Assembly: GCA_033442325.1 (NCBI GenBank)
Contig: JAWQFM010000006.1
Coordinates: forward strand, 1,193,124 to 1,257,123
DNA length: 64,000 nucleotides
From: Salpingoeca rosetta
Taxonomy: Eukaryota; Protista; Choanoflagellata
Direction of reading: 5' to 3'
Positions 20,985-33,842 of this stretch are shown here, in pieces; position 1 is the stretch's first letter, and each line of letters begins with the position of its first letter. The notes under the pieces were generated by a model. The model ran no database searches, was not told the DNA's origin, and saw only the letters and a program-made list of their open reading frames with translations. A program made the position numbers and the translations under genes.

Positions 20985-22982
20985 CGCTCTATACCTCTGC
21001 TAGAATCCCTTTACCTAGGCTCGTATCGGTTGCTTCCTGCCGTTGTGCAATGATGTTTACCATCGTGTCGCACGCTCATATCCAGCCGTCCTCTCTCTTC
21101 TCTCCTCTCCTCTGTCTCACTCTTCCTCCACCTCTCCCACTCACTGACACACTCTCGCACTGCCAACCAAAGGGAGACTGCTCTCACGTCCACAGCAAGC
21201 GACATCACAATGCAGCTGACAGACATCACATCGAGTACAACTAGCCTGCACGAGCGCGTACGTTTTCCAGCAAGAGTGTTGTGTCCTTCGTGTCACGAAT
21301 GTTATGCTTTTGTGTGCATGTGGGGATGCAGTGCATGCTCTGCTACTTTGTGTCTGTTGCCAAATGTTCAATCAACTTCGATGTATCCATGTGTCGCCTT
21401 CTCACACTCACTTCGGTCGTCTCAATCCACCGACATACACACACACACACACACGCATACGCGCACACATACGCACACACATACGCGCACACACCGCGCA
21501 CTGGTGACTTGGGTTTAACGGTGCGCAACAGACCAATGCCGTGTCAAGTGCAATGGCCACAGCACAAACGTCATTGGAGAATGCGGTGGTGTCTGCCATC
21601 GAAACGGCACACAACGGAGACGAAAGCGTTGCCGAGCAGGTATTACTTATGAATCGGGGAAGGGAGCCTGCCTCGTGAGCCCACCACTAGCCACAACAAC
21701 ACATACGCCTGCACACACCACACACTCACACACACCACACACACACACACACTCTCTCTCACACCACTCACTCACACACGCACACACGCACACACTCACT
21801 CACACACGCACACACGCACACACGCACACACGCACACACGCACACACGCACACACACTCACATTCGCACACTCACACACACACACGCACACACTGACAAA
21901 CTCCTGTGCATGAATGATATGGTGACCCCGTGCTCCGCTTGTGTGATTAGGCTGCCATGTCCATCGCGCACGTCCTGGGCAACCAAGCCTCCTTACAGCA
22001 GGCATTCATTGCTGCAGATGGCTCCTTGGAAGCCAAGGTAGCACATGTCCAGTAGTTATGCACCTGTCGCTGTGTCACAATTACATGCATACAACATGCA
22101 TTGGCCTCCTGCTGTAACCTCCACCCCGCATCTACATGGCTGACAGACATTCTCTCACCATACACACTCACCAACACACACGCGTGCACACGCACACACC
22201 CTTTTCTCACTATGTTTGGGCTATGACAGCTTGAAGCTGCCGAGAGCGGCCTAACCGAAGCCATCTCCGAGGCGATGTCCTCATTGAAAGGCGCAGATAC
22301 GCAACTCGGGCAACGCATTGATGGCGTGCATTCCGCCACTGTCTCCTTGCACACACGTACAAATGGCTTGCAGGGAGCCATTGGACAGCAATCGCAAGAG
22401 CTGCAGGTTCGTGTGCCGACGCTTCATTGTGCACTCTACACGCGTAGACTGACACACCCGCACGCTTTCTTGCTCGGTGTGTGTGTGTGTGTGCGTATCG
22501 TTCGCATCGGCTCATCCATATGCTGCCGTCCTTTGCTGGTGCTTGGTTTCCTTTCCTCGCGTGCCGGTCTACCACAGGCTTTGATCACGACGACCGCCAA
22601 TGATGTTAGGAACGATCTGAATGCTGCCATCCAAAACTCGGCCAGCACCCTCAATAGTGTCATCAACTCGAAGACGGCGCAAGTGTCGGGCGATGTGAAT
22701 GCACTGAATGCAAAGCTGACACAAACAGAAGCCGCGCTGGCTGCCGCCCGCGATCTTGCCTGCGGCTCGCTTGCCTACGCCACAAACGACAATCCAAACG
22801 GCAGGTGCCAGCCTGAAGCCCCAATCGACATGCGGTATCACGGCATGAGAGACACCCGAGATGGGCCCACATCCTGGGCCAATATCATTGACAGGTGAGC
22901 CAACAGCATTAGTATGAGAGCATGTACTCCCACCACGCCTGTTTTTTTTTTTTCCAGCTATGTAGCTTGTGTTCTCCTTGTT

Positions 22983-23058
<76 letters not shown>

Positions 23059-24541
23059 GCGCGCACACACAACACGTCCTCGCCTCATCACCAAGCTGTT
23101 TGACATCCTTCTTCACCCACGCTTTCCTGCATGCTTGCGTGTGTGTGTGTGTGTATTCCAGGGCCCTCACCTTTGATAAGCAAGGGTCTCAGGGCGAAAC
23201 TGTCCTCAAAATCTCGTACACAGACACGCATGGCTTTTATGCAACCTCATCCTCGTCCACGGCTGGCGCCTACCGCTTGTTGGTATGTTGTCTGCGTCGT
23301 CAACCTCCACCTCCTTGAGGCATTTTTCTTCACGCGCGTGCACATGTTATTGAATTTGTAAGCGTTGGCTCACATGTGTTGTTGTCCACCATTTCATGTA
23401 CTTGTGACGTTCAAAGGTCAACGGCGAATGTCATCAGAACCGATGCTACAAGTACTTGCACAGGTGAGCGTGCAGAAATGGATGAAACAAGGGGGGTGGC
23501 CGTTGTGCTCTTCTTCCCTTCCTTGAGTGAGCGTCTGAGATCCATGCCCACATTGCGCATTGCATTTGTTTCTATTGCGTACTTCATCTGGAGATGACTC
23601 GTGAATTCCTCACGAATTATTTGTGACTGCTCATGTGTACATGATGACAGCGACGGTTACGTTGGTTGGAACATCTTTTCAAACACGTGGACGTGGTGGC
23701 TCCACGACATCAGCGCTGGCAGACATAACCTCGTCATGCAGGTGCCAAAAAAAAAAAACACACATCCGGCCGAGCAGCCATTCGAAGCGCAATGCGGCAA
23801 TTTGCTCCATCCCACCCACATGTCATGCATGATGCATGCTCCAATTCAACAACAGCTACAGGCACGCACACACACACACACAACGTACCGGATCTCGCAC
23901 ACACACACACACACACTCTCTCTCTCTCTCACACACACTCTTTTCCCACACACTCACTCACTCATACCCGCGCCTGATAGCACTACCGTGATGCTGCGCG
24001 GTCGTCTTACTTCCTTGCGGGGTGGTCAAACAACGCACAAGAGAACCACTTGGTCGTTGAGGAAATCCCTGTTCGTGATGTCACGGTGTCCAAGAATTTT
24101 CCTGGTGCGTTCAGCACTTGTTGGGCATTTGACTTGTTCCTTGACTCTCGTACCTGGGTTTCTTGTCATGTGCACAACACGTTCGTGGATTGCGTTTTGT
24201 AGCAATGTATTGTTTTGTTTTGAACCCTTCAGCCCTTCGCCTCCTTTCTGAGCTCACCCATGAACGGTTCGCTTGATCTCTGGGCTGGCTCTGCTTCTCC
24301 CTGTCATGCACAGATGTGCGCACACGAACAACTTCCTGGACAGACGTGCCGGAACGCGTTGTCACACACTTCAAGCACGACGATTCCACGGATCTGCAAA
24401 TCATTTTCGTGCGTGCGTGCGTGTGTGTGTGCACATGTGTGTTGGTGTGTGCGTGCGTGTGTGTGTGTGTGTGCACATGTGTGTTGGTGTGTGCGTGCGT
24501 GTGTTATGGTGTTGTGTGCGTGCGTGTGTGTGCCTGCGTGC

Positions 24542-24607
<66 letters not shown>

Positions 24608-26031
24608 GTGTGTGTGTGTGTGTGTGCGTGTGGGGGGGGGCCTAGCCAGCGGCCTTAACCACTCTGTTTTTTCACCTTGTACTGTGATGTTGCTATCATT
24701 TGTAGTCGGAGACGATTGGTTTGAACCAGTACCAGCACACGACAGCGTGCGGATTCCAAGCAATCATGTACGGGCCTGCATACCCAGGCGGTATTAACAT
24801 TGGCTACCACTACTCCCACAGCCATGGCGGGCGCAACTGGCGCATCTGGCCAGCCGATGTCCAATACTACGCCCAGCGCTCCACGCTCAACCTCCCTCGC
24901 GGCAAATACACCGTCAAGCTTCAGTGGAGGCGAGAGGCCGGTGCATATGAGGTGCGTGTAATGAACACGGCTTTGAGTGAGACCGCATCACGTTTTCGTC
25001 AACCCATCACCTCTGACATTGCTCTGTCCCTGAACCCGCTGTCACGCCAAGCATTGCCATCCTCACTTATCGTGCCACACGCGTGGTTCGCCTCTGCTTC
25101 TTCGGGTGCATTGCAACACAGTGTCTTGCTGGCTGGCCTGGCTCCGAGGCCAACAGTATCGCCATCATTGAGAAACACCCGCAACGGTTGGCCATCGCAC
25201 CTCCAAACCTCTACTCCGGCTCAACCCGCGTGCGCCTCCCCGACATCCGCAACCGCGGCAGCGCCAGATGGGAGAATGTTGCAAACAGGTGCGCACTGGT
25301 TGCGTATTTCCGTCCTCGTCACCCACCATGCATGGAGCGATGAGGGCAAATACAACCATGTGTATGTGCCGTTCATTTCTCACACGCGTTGGGGTTTGCA
25401 CTTCTTGCAGGGCTGTGTCCTTCAACAAGAAATTCTCGACCAGCATCATCCGCGTCACATACACAGACACGCTTGGGTTCTACGCTGTCGGCCACGCTGA
25501 TAGTGCGTCATGCCCCCTCCCCCGCCCTATGTCTATCTTTGCCTGTCGACATGCAAGCGTGTGTGCGTGAGTGTATGTGTACACATCTACCTCAAACCTC
25601 ATGACATCGGTGCTTTTGGATTTCACAGCGTGCCGTTGGCGATTGTTGGTGAACGGAGGATCAACGGCGGGCACCCGCGAGATGTTCAACCACGCAAGTA
25701 CGGCTGGTGGATGGTAAGTCATCCGAAATGCATCTCCTGTTTTCCGTCTTCCCATTGCTCATTGCGCCTGCAACACGCACGCTGCTGACCTCACTCGCTG
25801 AGCATATGTTTGACTTCGAACACTGGGTTTGCAGGCGTATCAACAGTCACACTTACATCTGGTACCCTTCTGTGTCCACCGGAGTGTCTACGTACACGAT
25901 CCAGACCTACCGCAACCCAAGCGGCGCTTCAGAATGCCTGAACGTGAGTGAGCAAAGCAATCGTATCACTTTTTTCAAAAACGAGTTTTCTCTGTGTGTG
26001 TGTGTTTGTGTGTTGCTTCGTGGTTGCCAAA

Positions 26032-26107
<76 letters not shown>

Positions 26108-26195
26108 CTCTCTCTCTCTCTCATTCATGCAGGGATGGTCAACCTCGAACCATTTCCTCCTGGTGGAAGAGATCGTTCAAGGAACAACAGCCTAA
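19778..26195 (+). CDS. Secreted protein: signal peptide, Thr-rich tract, short beta motif, long coiled coil, three tandem beta-rich (CTHRC1-C-like) domains
   Basis: About 20 phase-consistent GT-AG exons from ATG 19778 (MFGVLVAGALLLLLSTTSVAG) to TAA 26193-26195. Three internally homologous C-terminal repeats. No C-terminal TM or GPI signal seen. Confidence 0.8.
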
Positions 26196-26389
26196 TCCAG
26201 TGGCTTCTCGTTTGCCCAAAATTCATTTCATGCATGATGTGTTTGCCTGCCCTCTTCACTCATGTTTTCAAAGAGCCCCGCGTGCGTTACGGGCTCACTT
26301 CTTCTTTGTGTTGCACGCGACCGTTTCTGTTGATGCCCCCATGCATGAAGGATGAAGCACGCACACAACACCCAAAGTGTCAATGGAAC

Positions 26390-27122
26390 AAGCAAGAACA
26401 CAAGGAGAATGAGCAAACTCAACACGGGCAACACGATCAAATCACAAGACAAGTGCACACACAGTCAACAACGCTGCCAAGGCAACATGGGCAGAGTGTG
26501 CACGAACACAAACAATCTAAACAGCGAACAGCATGCATACATGCGCGCAGAGCAATGCTAAGCATGGCATGAATGCTTGCAGGCAAGCATACACAACAGA
26601 CAACACTTTACAACACTGCATGGCACGCACACATGGCATTTGCCAAGCATGGCGAGCATGCACACACACACCTGGCACACAACTCACGTGTGTAGGGGAA
26701 GGAGGAGAGGAGAGGCAGTTGGCACACATGCATGCCAGCAGAGAGGAAGGAATGTTTGCCAACGGAAAACCCACAAAGCAGGTGTTGTTGGCAAACAATG
26801 TAGAAACACGACAGGTGGTGTGTGTGTTTACTGTAGGCAAACGCAACAAACAAGAACACAAGGAGAATGAACAAACACAGCAAGCTGCTGCCAAATCAAC
26901 TCGGGCAGCACGCTCAAACAAACACTAGACAAGTGCACACACAGTCAATGACGCTGCCAAGGCGACATGGGCAGAGTGTGCACGAACACAAACAATCTAA
27001 ACAATGAGCAGCATGCATACATGCGCACAGAGCAATGCTAAGCATGGCATGAATGCTTGCAGGCAAGCATACACAACAGACAACACTTCACAACACTGGC
27101 ATGGCACGCAGGCATGGCATTT
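26390..27122. repeat. ~480-bp period tandem repeat (about 1.5 copies visible, runs into gap)
   Basis: 26451 aagtgcacacacagtca...gcagagtgtgcacgaacacaaacaatctaa...atggcatt recurs at 26931 with scattered substitutions. Confidence 0.9.
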
Positions 27123-27826
27123 NNNNNNNNNNNNNNNNNNNNNNNNNNNNNNNNNNNNNNNNNNNNNNNNNNNNNNNNNNNNNNNNNNNNNNNNNNNNNN
27201 NNNNNNNNNNNNNNNNNNNNNNNNNNNNNNNNNNNNNNNNNNNNNNNNNNNNNNNNNNNNNNNNNNNNNNNNNNNNNNNNNNNNNNNNNNNNNNNNNNNN
27301 NNNNNNNNNNNNNNNNNNNNNNNNNNNNNNNNNNNNNNNNNNNNNNNNNNNNNNNNNNNNNNNNNNNNNNNNNNNNNNNNNNNNNNNNNNNNNNNNNNNN
27401 NNNNNNNNNNNNNNNNNNNNNNNNNNNNNNNNNNNNNNNNNNNNNNNNNNNNNNNNNNNNNNNNNNNNNNNNNNNNNNNNNNNNNNNNNNNNNNNNNNNN
27501 NNNNNNNNNNNNNNNNNNNNNNNNNNNNNNNNNNNNNNNNNNNNNNNNNNNNNNNNNNNNNNNNNNNNNNNNNNNNNNNNNNNNNNNNNNNNNNNNNNNN
27601 NNNNNNNNNNNNNNNNNNNNNNNNNNNNNNNNNNNNNNNNNNNNNNNNNNNNNNNNNNNNNNNNNNNNNNNNNNNNNNNNNNNNNNNNNNNNNNNNNNNN
27701 NNNNNNNNNNNNNNNNNNNNNNNNNNNNNNNNNNNNNNNNNNNNNNNNNNNNNNNNNNNNNNNNNNNNNNNNNNNNNNNNNNNNNNNNNNNNNNNNNNNN
27801 NNNNNNNNNNNNNNNNNNNNNNNNNN
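27123..27826. other. Assembly gap (N run)
   Basis: N bases; hides the copia RNase H and 3' end. Confidence 1.
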
Positions 27827-30800
27827 TGTGCCGAAGCTGGCGTCGCTGTAGCACACAGGTCCAGCGGTTGGTCCTTGCGCGTGCCGCTGCGTCGCTTGAA
27901 GAGGAGGCCCGTGCTCGCTCGTCGCCTTCAGGTACCGCACGACGTGCTTGGCTGCCTGCCAGTGGACCGTCGTGTAACGGTCCATGTAACGGCAGAGCAG
28001 CCCGCACGCGAAGCTGACGTCTGGTCTCGTGCGGTTGGCCAGGTACAGGAGCGAGCCGACGAGGTTGCGGAAAGGCAAGCGTCGGTCGGGCTGCTCGCTG
28101 GTGCTGGAGGCGTCGATGCCAACACGCATGGGCGTGGACACGCTGGCTGCCGCTGCCAGGTTGTAGTCGTTGATGATGTCGTTGATGGCCTGTGTCTGCG
28201 CAATGTGCAACACCCCGTCAGCTGGTGACGTCAGGTGAAGGCCCAGGTACCAGGTGAGCGGGCCCAGGTCCTCTGCCTCGAAGCTCTCCTTGATCTGCTG
28301 CTTGCAGGCATGGATGTGGCGGCCGCTGCTGCCGCTGATGATGAGGTCGTCGACGTACGTGATGATCCATGTGCGCTGTCCGTCGTCGTGGAGCTTGGTG
28401 AAGAGGCAAGCGTCGACATTGCTTTGCGCCCATCCGTTGGTCTTGAGGAAGGTGTGCAGCTTCTTGGCCCATGCACGGCCAGCTTGCTTGAGGCCGTAGA
28501 GCGGCTTGAGCAGCCGGCACACCTTGCCCGCGTAGCGTTGAGCGCCGTCGCCGATGTCGGTGAAGTGCGGCGGCAGCTCCATGTACAGCTCCTCCTTGAG
28601 ATCAGCCTGCAGGTAAGCCGACTTGAAGTCGAGCTGGTGCAGCTGGTGCTGTCGTTGCAGGGAGACGGCGAGTACAGTGAGGATGGTCTTGGCTGCTGGT
28701 GTTGGAGCGTAGGTCTGGTCGAAGTCGATGCCCGGTCGCTGGCTGAAGCCCTTGGCGACCCAGCGTGCCTTGAAGCGCGTCGGCGTGCCTTCCGCATCAC
28801 GCTTTACCTTGAAGACGAAGCGCGACTTGAGCAGCGTGTGCTGCCGTGGCACGGCGCTGCGTGGGATGAGCTTGATGACGCCGTTGCGCTCCATCGCCCC
28901 GATCTCCTCCAAGCACGCCTGAGTCCACTGCTTGCGTTGCTGGCTCTTGAGTGCCTGCTTGATGCTTGCAGGCTCCGTGAGGCTGGTGTCGCCACTGCTG
29001 CTTGCTGTGAACGCGCCTGCCTCGGTGTCGCTTGCATCTGTTGTGTCTGGATCGTAGTTGGCGTCGTTGGTGTCGCTGCTGCTGTCGGCGTCAAAGTCCG
29101 TGAGCAGGAAGTCTGTCTCGACATCCTCGTCCTGCTCCTCGTCGATGTGAACCGTTGGTGGCTCACCGTCAGTGGTGCTGTTGCTGCTGTCACGTGCACT
29201 GGGAAGCTGGAGCATGGACGATGTCGTGGATGTCTGCACTTGCTCCTCCCCCTCATCCACGACATCATCGGCCTTGGAGAAGGGAAGGAAGCGGACGTGG
29301 ATGGAGGACACAACGGTGTTTGTGTCTGCGAAGTAGACGAGGTGGCTGTTGCTGCTGCTGTTGTAGCCGACGTAGATGCCTCGACGACCCTTGGGCTGCA
29401 GGCGTCCGCGCTGTGTGCTGATGTGGACGACGGCCGGCTGCCCGAAGACGCGCAGCTGCGGCACGTGCTTGGGCAGCGAGCCCGTGACAATCTGCAGCGG
29501 TGTCTTGCCGTGGAGGGAAGGGCGAGGCATGTTGTTGAGGATGTGCAGGGCGTGGTTGCAGGCGAGGCTCCAGCACGATGCGTCAAGGCCTGCACCCGTG
29601 ATCATGGCTCGCACCATGTCGGAGAGGGTGCGCACCTGTCGCTCGACGATGCCGTTCTGCGCCTGGGTGTACGGCGGGGCTGCTGGTGCTGCTTCAGGTG
29701 CTTCTTGACGATGGCNNNNNNNNNNNNNNNNNNNNNNNNNNNNNNNNNNNNNNNNNNNNNNNNNNNNNNNNNNNNNNNNNNNNNNNNNNNNNNNNNNNNN
29801 NNNNNNNNNNNNNNNCTGTTGTTGTGGGCGAGATGGGGAGCTTGGTCTCGCGCAGGAAAGACTGGAACGCGGCAACTGCGTCCTTCTTGGCATTGAGATG
29901 GACTGCATGTAAGAGCTTGCTGCCCTCATCGACGATGACGAGGCTGTAGCGCTTGCCCGTGGGTGAGTCCGCGGTCCAGTCGACGATGTCGGCGTGGATG
30001 CGCTCGCCGGGCACCTGTGTGCGCTCCGCGTGCTTGCTGACGCTGTGACGAGTGCTCTTGGTGACTGCACACGTTGTACACTGCTTGCTGCTGATGGCGT
30101 TGCGATCGTCGATGCCCATCAGCTTGCAGTACTGCTGCACGTCGTTGTCGTTGCGGTGGCCAAGCACCTCATGCATCGATGGTGTGTGCGCCTTGCTCTG
30201 GGCTGCAGGAGCTGCTGCAGGTTGCTGTGGTTGCTTGCAGGCATCGGTGGTGAGTCCGTGTGCCGTGGATGGACCAACAGCAACAATGGGCCAGCACCGG
30301 AGGCTGTTGCGCTCCTTCAGCTTGACCTCGGCTCCGTGGCTGAAGCGCACGTAGTGCCCATCAGCGCCATCACGTTGCGAGTGGCCCGTTGGCCTGCCGC
30401 TGCTGTCCCGGGTCAGACGACCGAGGGCGATGAGGTTGGCCTGGCCCTCGGGCACGTAGAGGCACTCCTGTAGCACAATCTGCATCGCAGCTCCGCTCGT
30501 CGTGCGTGCATGCAACAGCACAGAGCCAACACCGCGCACGGGCACACGTGTGCCGCCAAACGCAGTGATGTGGCGTGGATGGTGCTGTTGCAGGTGCGGT
30601 GTCAGCTCCACGAAGGCGTCCTTGACGAAGGTGAGGTGGTGTGAAGCACCCGTGTCTGCAAGCCACGTGAGTGGGTCATGCAGCTGCGTGGGTGTAGTAG
30701 CTGTGGCAGCGACGAAGGTTGCTGCGTCTTGACCATGTTGATGCTGTGCCTGTGCAGTGAAGCCTGTTGCTCCGTTGTCGCGTTGCTTCTTGCGACACTC

Positions 30801-31230
30801 TGCTGCACGGTGTCCATACTTGCCACAGTAGTGACAGTTGCCACGGAAGCGGCGCCCCTTGCTGTTGCTGTTGCCGTTACCGCCGCCGTTGTTGCGTCCC
30901 TGGCGTCCGTGGTTGTTGCTGTTGTTGGAGAAGCCGCGTCTTCCACCTCTGCGTGGCGGTGCGCTTGCCATGAAGCCGCCTGCCTGCGGCTGTGTGCGTG
31001 AACCACGCATCTGCTGCTCCAGCTGCTGCAGCCTGATGCTGAGCTCGAGGAGGGAGGGGAAGCGGCCACTGGCAAAGTAGGGAAGCGTGAGCGGGGCTGT
31101 CCAGCGTGGCAGCTGCTTCCAGACGATGGTGAAGAGGTCCTCGTTGTCCTGGCGCACGCCTGCGTCCTGCAACTGCTGTTGCAGCTCCATGTGTCGCTCG
31201 AAGAAGCGGGCGAGGTTGCCTGCCGCAGGG
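27827..31230 (-). mobile_element. Ty1/copia LTR retrotransposon internal region (gag-PR-IN-RT-RH), 5'-truncated, 100-N gap at 29716-29815
   Basis: Zn knuckle CHYCGKYGHRAAEC; protease WLADTGASHH; integrase HEVLGH..CTTC, HADI, PPYTQAQNGIVER; RT RFKARWVAKGFSQRPGIDF, LDFKSAYLQ, LYGLKQAGR.W, YVDD; RNase H start YSDASF. Order PR-IN-RT-RH defines copia. Confidence 0.97.
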
Positions 31231-31527
31231 GACGTGGAACTTTGATTGCGCTGTTGTCATCGTTTGCGTGAACAGGAGGTGTAAAGGTCACGGGCACTCT
31301 CACTATTTTTTTATTGTTTTTTCCAAAGACTGCCTTGCTCATTGAACAGCATCGTCGTTATGATGCGTCGAGCAAGCGCACTAGCGGGCAAAAACAACAC
31401 TCGCGCCGTTCCTCAATCATATTGGCCCTTGTTCAACATGAAGGAAGGTTGGTGTTAACCATTCATGTTTAATTACATGCACATGTTGGCGCAAAGACAT
31501 CACAGACAGTCGTCGTACGCAGCAGCA

Positions 31528-32207
31528 TTACACATTGATAATGGTAACTTTGGTTTCTGTCGTGCTGGCCTCGATCTCATTCGTTTCTGGATTTGTGTTG
31601 ACTCCGGCAAGCTTCAACTTTTGCTGTTTTCCGGTGAGCACACGCCACAAACGCGTAAAGTCGTTGACATACTCCTTGTTGCCTGTGCGTGCGTGTGCGT
31701 GCGTGCGTGTGAGTGTACGTGCGTGTCCTTGTGCATGCGATGACAGCAAAACGCGATAAATGACAACCCCAAACGTTGAAGGTGGCAGCAACTTGCGTGG
31801 GCTTATTGAGCTCGTCGTACCTGCGATGGCTGCGAGGCTCATGAAGAACCCAAACGCCCAAATTGCCGCGAAGAAGATGGTGAGGGCGATGAACACGCCA
31901 AACTTGAAGAAGAAAATGATGTACCCGAAGAAGAGGACAAATCCAGACAAGAACGTCGTGATGCTGGCTGAGAGGACAGAGATACCCATCACCACCAGCG
32001 CGTCCCGCACGCGGCTGAACCGTGTCACTTCGTGGCTCTCGCGATACGCGTTGGCCAGATGGATGACGTAGTCCACACTGCAAACAGGAAATGCCACAGC
32101 AAAATAGGAAGAGATGTTTTCATAAGTGCAAAAAACAAAAAACAAAAAAAAAAACAAGTATGAACCATAATACGCGCGCGCGCGCGCGCGTGTGTGTGTG
32201 TTGGTTT

Positions 32208-32253
<46 letters not shown>

Positions 32254-32857
32254 TGCGTGTGTGTGTGCACGTATGTGTGTGTGTCTTTGTGCTTTTGTGC
32301 ATGCGCAAAACCTGCCAGGAAAGAATCCCTGACCTGAGACCGACGAGGATGGTCAAGCAAATGCTCTCAATCAAGCCGAGCGTCCATCCCAGCATCACCA
32401 TAAGTGCAATCAACGACACTGCATGTTGACGGCGTGTGAAGCAAAAATCCCATGTTGTGAGTACGCGTCGTGGGTGCAGTTGAGCGTCCGTCAGCCATGC
32501 AATGCAAGCTGGGACATGCAAACAAGCACACAGACAACCAGCATAGCAGCTTCGCTTTGTCTCACCGACGACGCCCCCGATGGAGATGATAGACATGACG
32601 GAGAGGGTGATGTCACGTGTCATGACGATGATGATCACAAACGCAAGTGAGAGGCTGGCGGCGATGCCAACAATTGCCGCGCGTAACAAAGTGTCCTCCA
32701 GTTGAAGATCGACGTACAAGTCGGCTGTTTGCAGCGCACCGTCGAGCGTTGCCTCTGTTTTAACGCATGTGCGTGCATGGGTGCATGTGACCTCCACTTG
32801 CGAGCAACAGCAGCAACAACAACGACAACAACGACAACAACAACAACAGCAGCAGCT

Positions 32858-32922
<65 letters not shown>

Positions 32923-33801
32923 AACAGCAGCATTTGTACCGATGTTGTCTGCGCGGGCGTTTTCCATATCAAGCATGTGGTCCCAAAATTCATAGGCTGG
33001 GCGAATGTCGTTTCCAGCACTGAATACGCTCAGCGTGGTGTTGACGACGATGAACATGTACGCCAGCTCAGGTTCTTGCGTGTCGAGGTGAAAGCGGATG
33101 GTCTGGTACACCTCAACCTGCTCTCGCGAGCGCTCCTCTCGGGTGACTGCGTCCTGCTCAGATGATGCCACGTCGCCGGACACATCGGGGGCGGGCCCGT
33201 TGTTATCCTCGTAATATCGCGTGAAGTTCGCCAGCAAGGGCACAAAGTCGTCTCTCGGGACTGGGAAGGCCCTGTCGAACACGACCAAAGGGAGTGGCAG
33301 CGCAGAAATATGTGCATGTGCGTGTGTGCGTGCGCGTGCGTCGTGTTGCACATGTGAGTGATGAAGGGAGCACACACAAGTGAATAAGCTGGTGAGAGCT
33401 CGTCACAATTAACGAGAGCATGCATGCATTCGCAGGCGCGGCAACGGCAACTGACATTCCCAGCTCGTTTGTGACATAGTCGCGGAAGAGCTCCATCGGG
33501 CACAGAATCTCCTCCTCAAGCACAAACTCGCCCTCCTCCCTAAATCGCTCGCAGATGGAGATGAACGTCTCCTAGCGTGGCAACAGAGGTGGCGCACATG
33601 GGTGTTTGTAGTTTGTAGTTTGTAGTGTGTAGCTTGGGTCGTGAGGTCAATTGCATGCTTCTTCGCACAAGCGAGTCAAACGCGCACTCCCACACGGACA
33701 CCCGCATGTATCCACTGGCCAGCACAAGTATCAAATCACAACCACACCCACACACTCACTCACCCACTAGCAAACGCACACACTCACTCACCCACTAGCA
33801 A

Positions 33802-33842
<41 letters not shown>

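Noticed and set aside
27850-27915. Compensating frameshifts near the RT/RNase H junction (HGPPLQAT versus HGLLFKRR)
   Set aside because: Directly at a contig end, where low-quality base calls are the simplest explanation.
28235-29896. 553-aa plus-strand ORF opposite copia pol, and similar long antisense ORFs at 62075-63609
   Set aside because: Antisense shadows of GC3-rich coding sequence with no recognisable motifs.
29694-30070. Apparent frame change between the two copia ORFs (programmed frameshift?)
   Set aside because: It falls across a 100-N placeholder gap inside integrase, so frame is uninformative.
31252-31438. TGTTG...CAACA-bounded 187-bp segment with AATAAA on the minus strand, as a possible copia 5' LTR
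   Set aside because: No PBS follows, flanks are not duplicated, no second copy is visible, and both pentamers are very common here.
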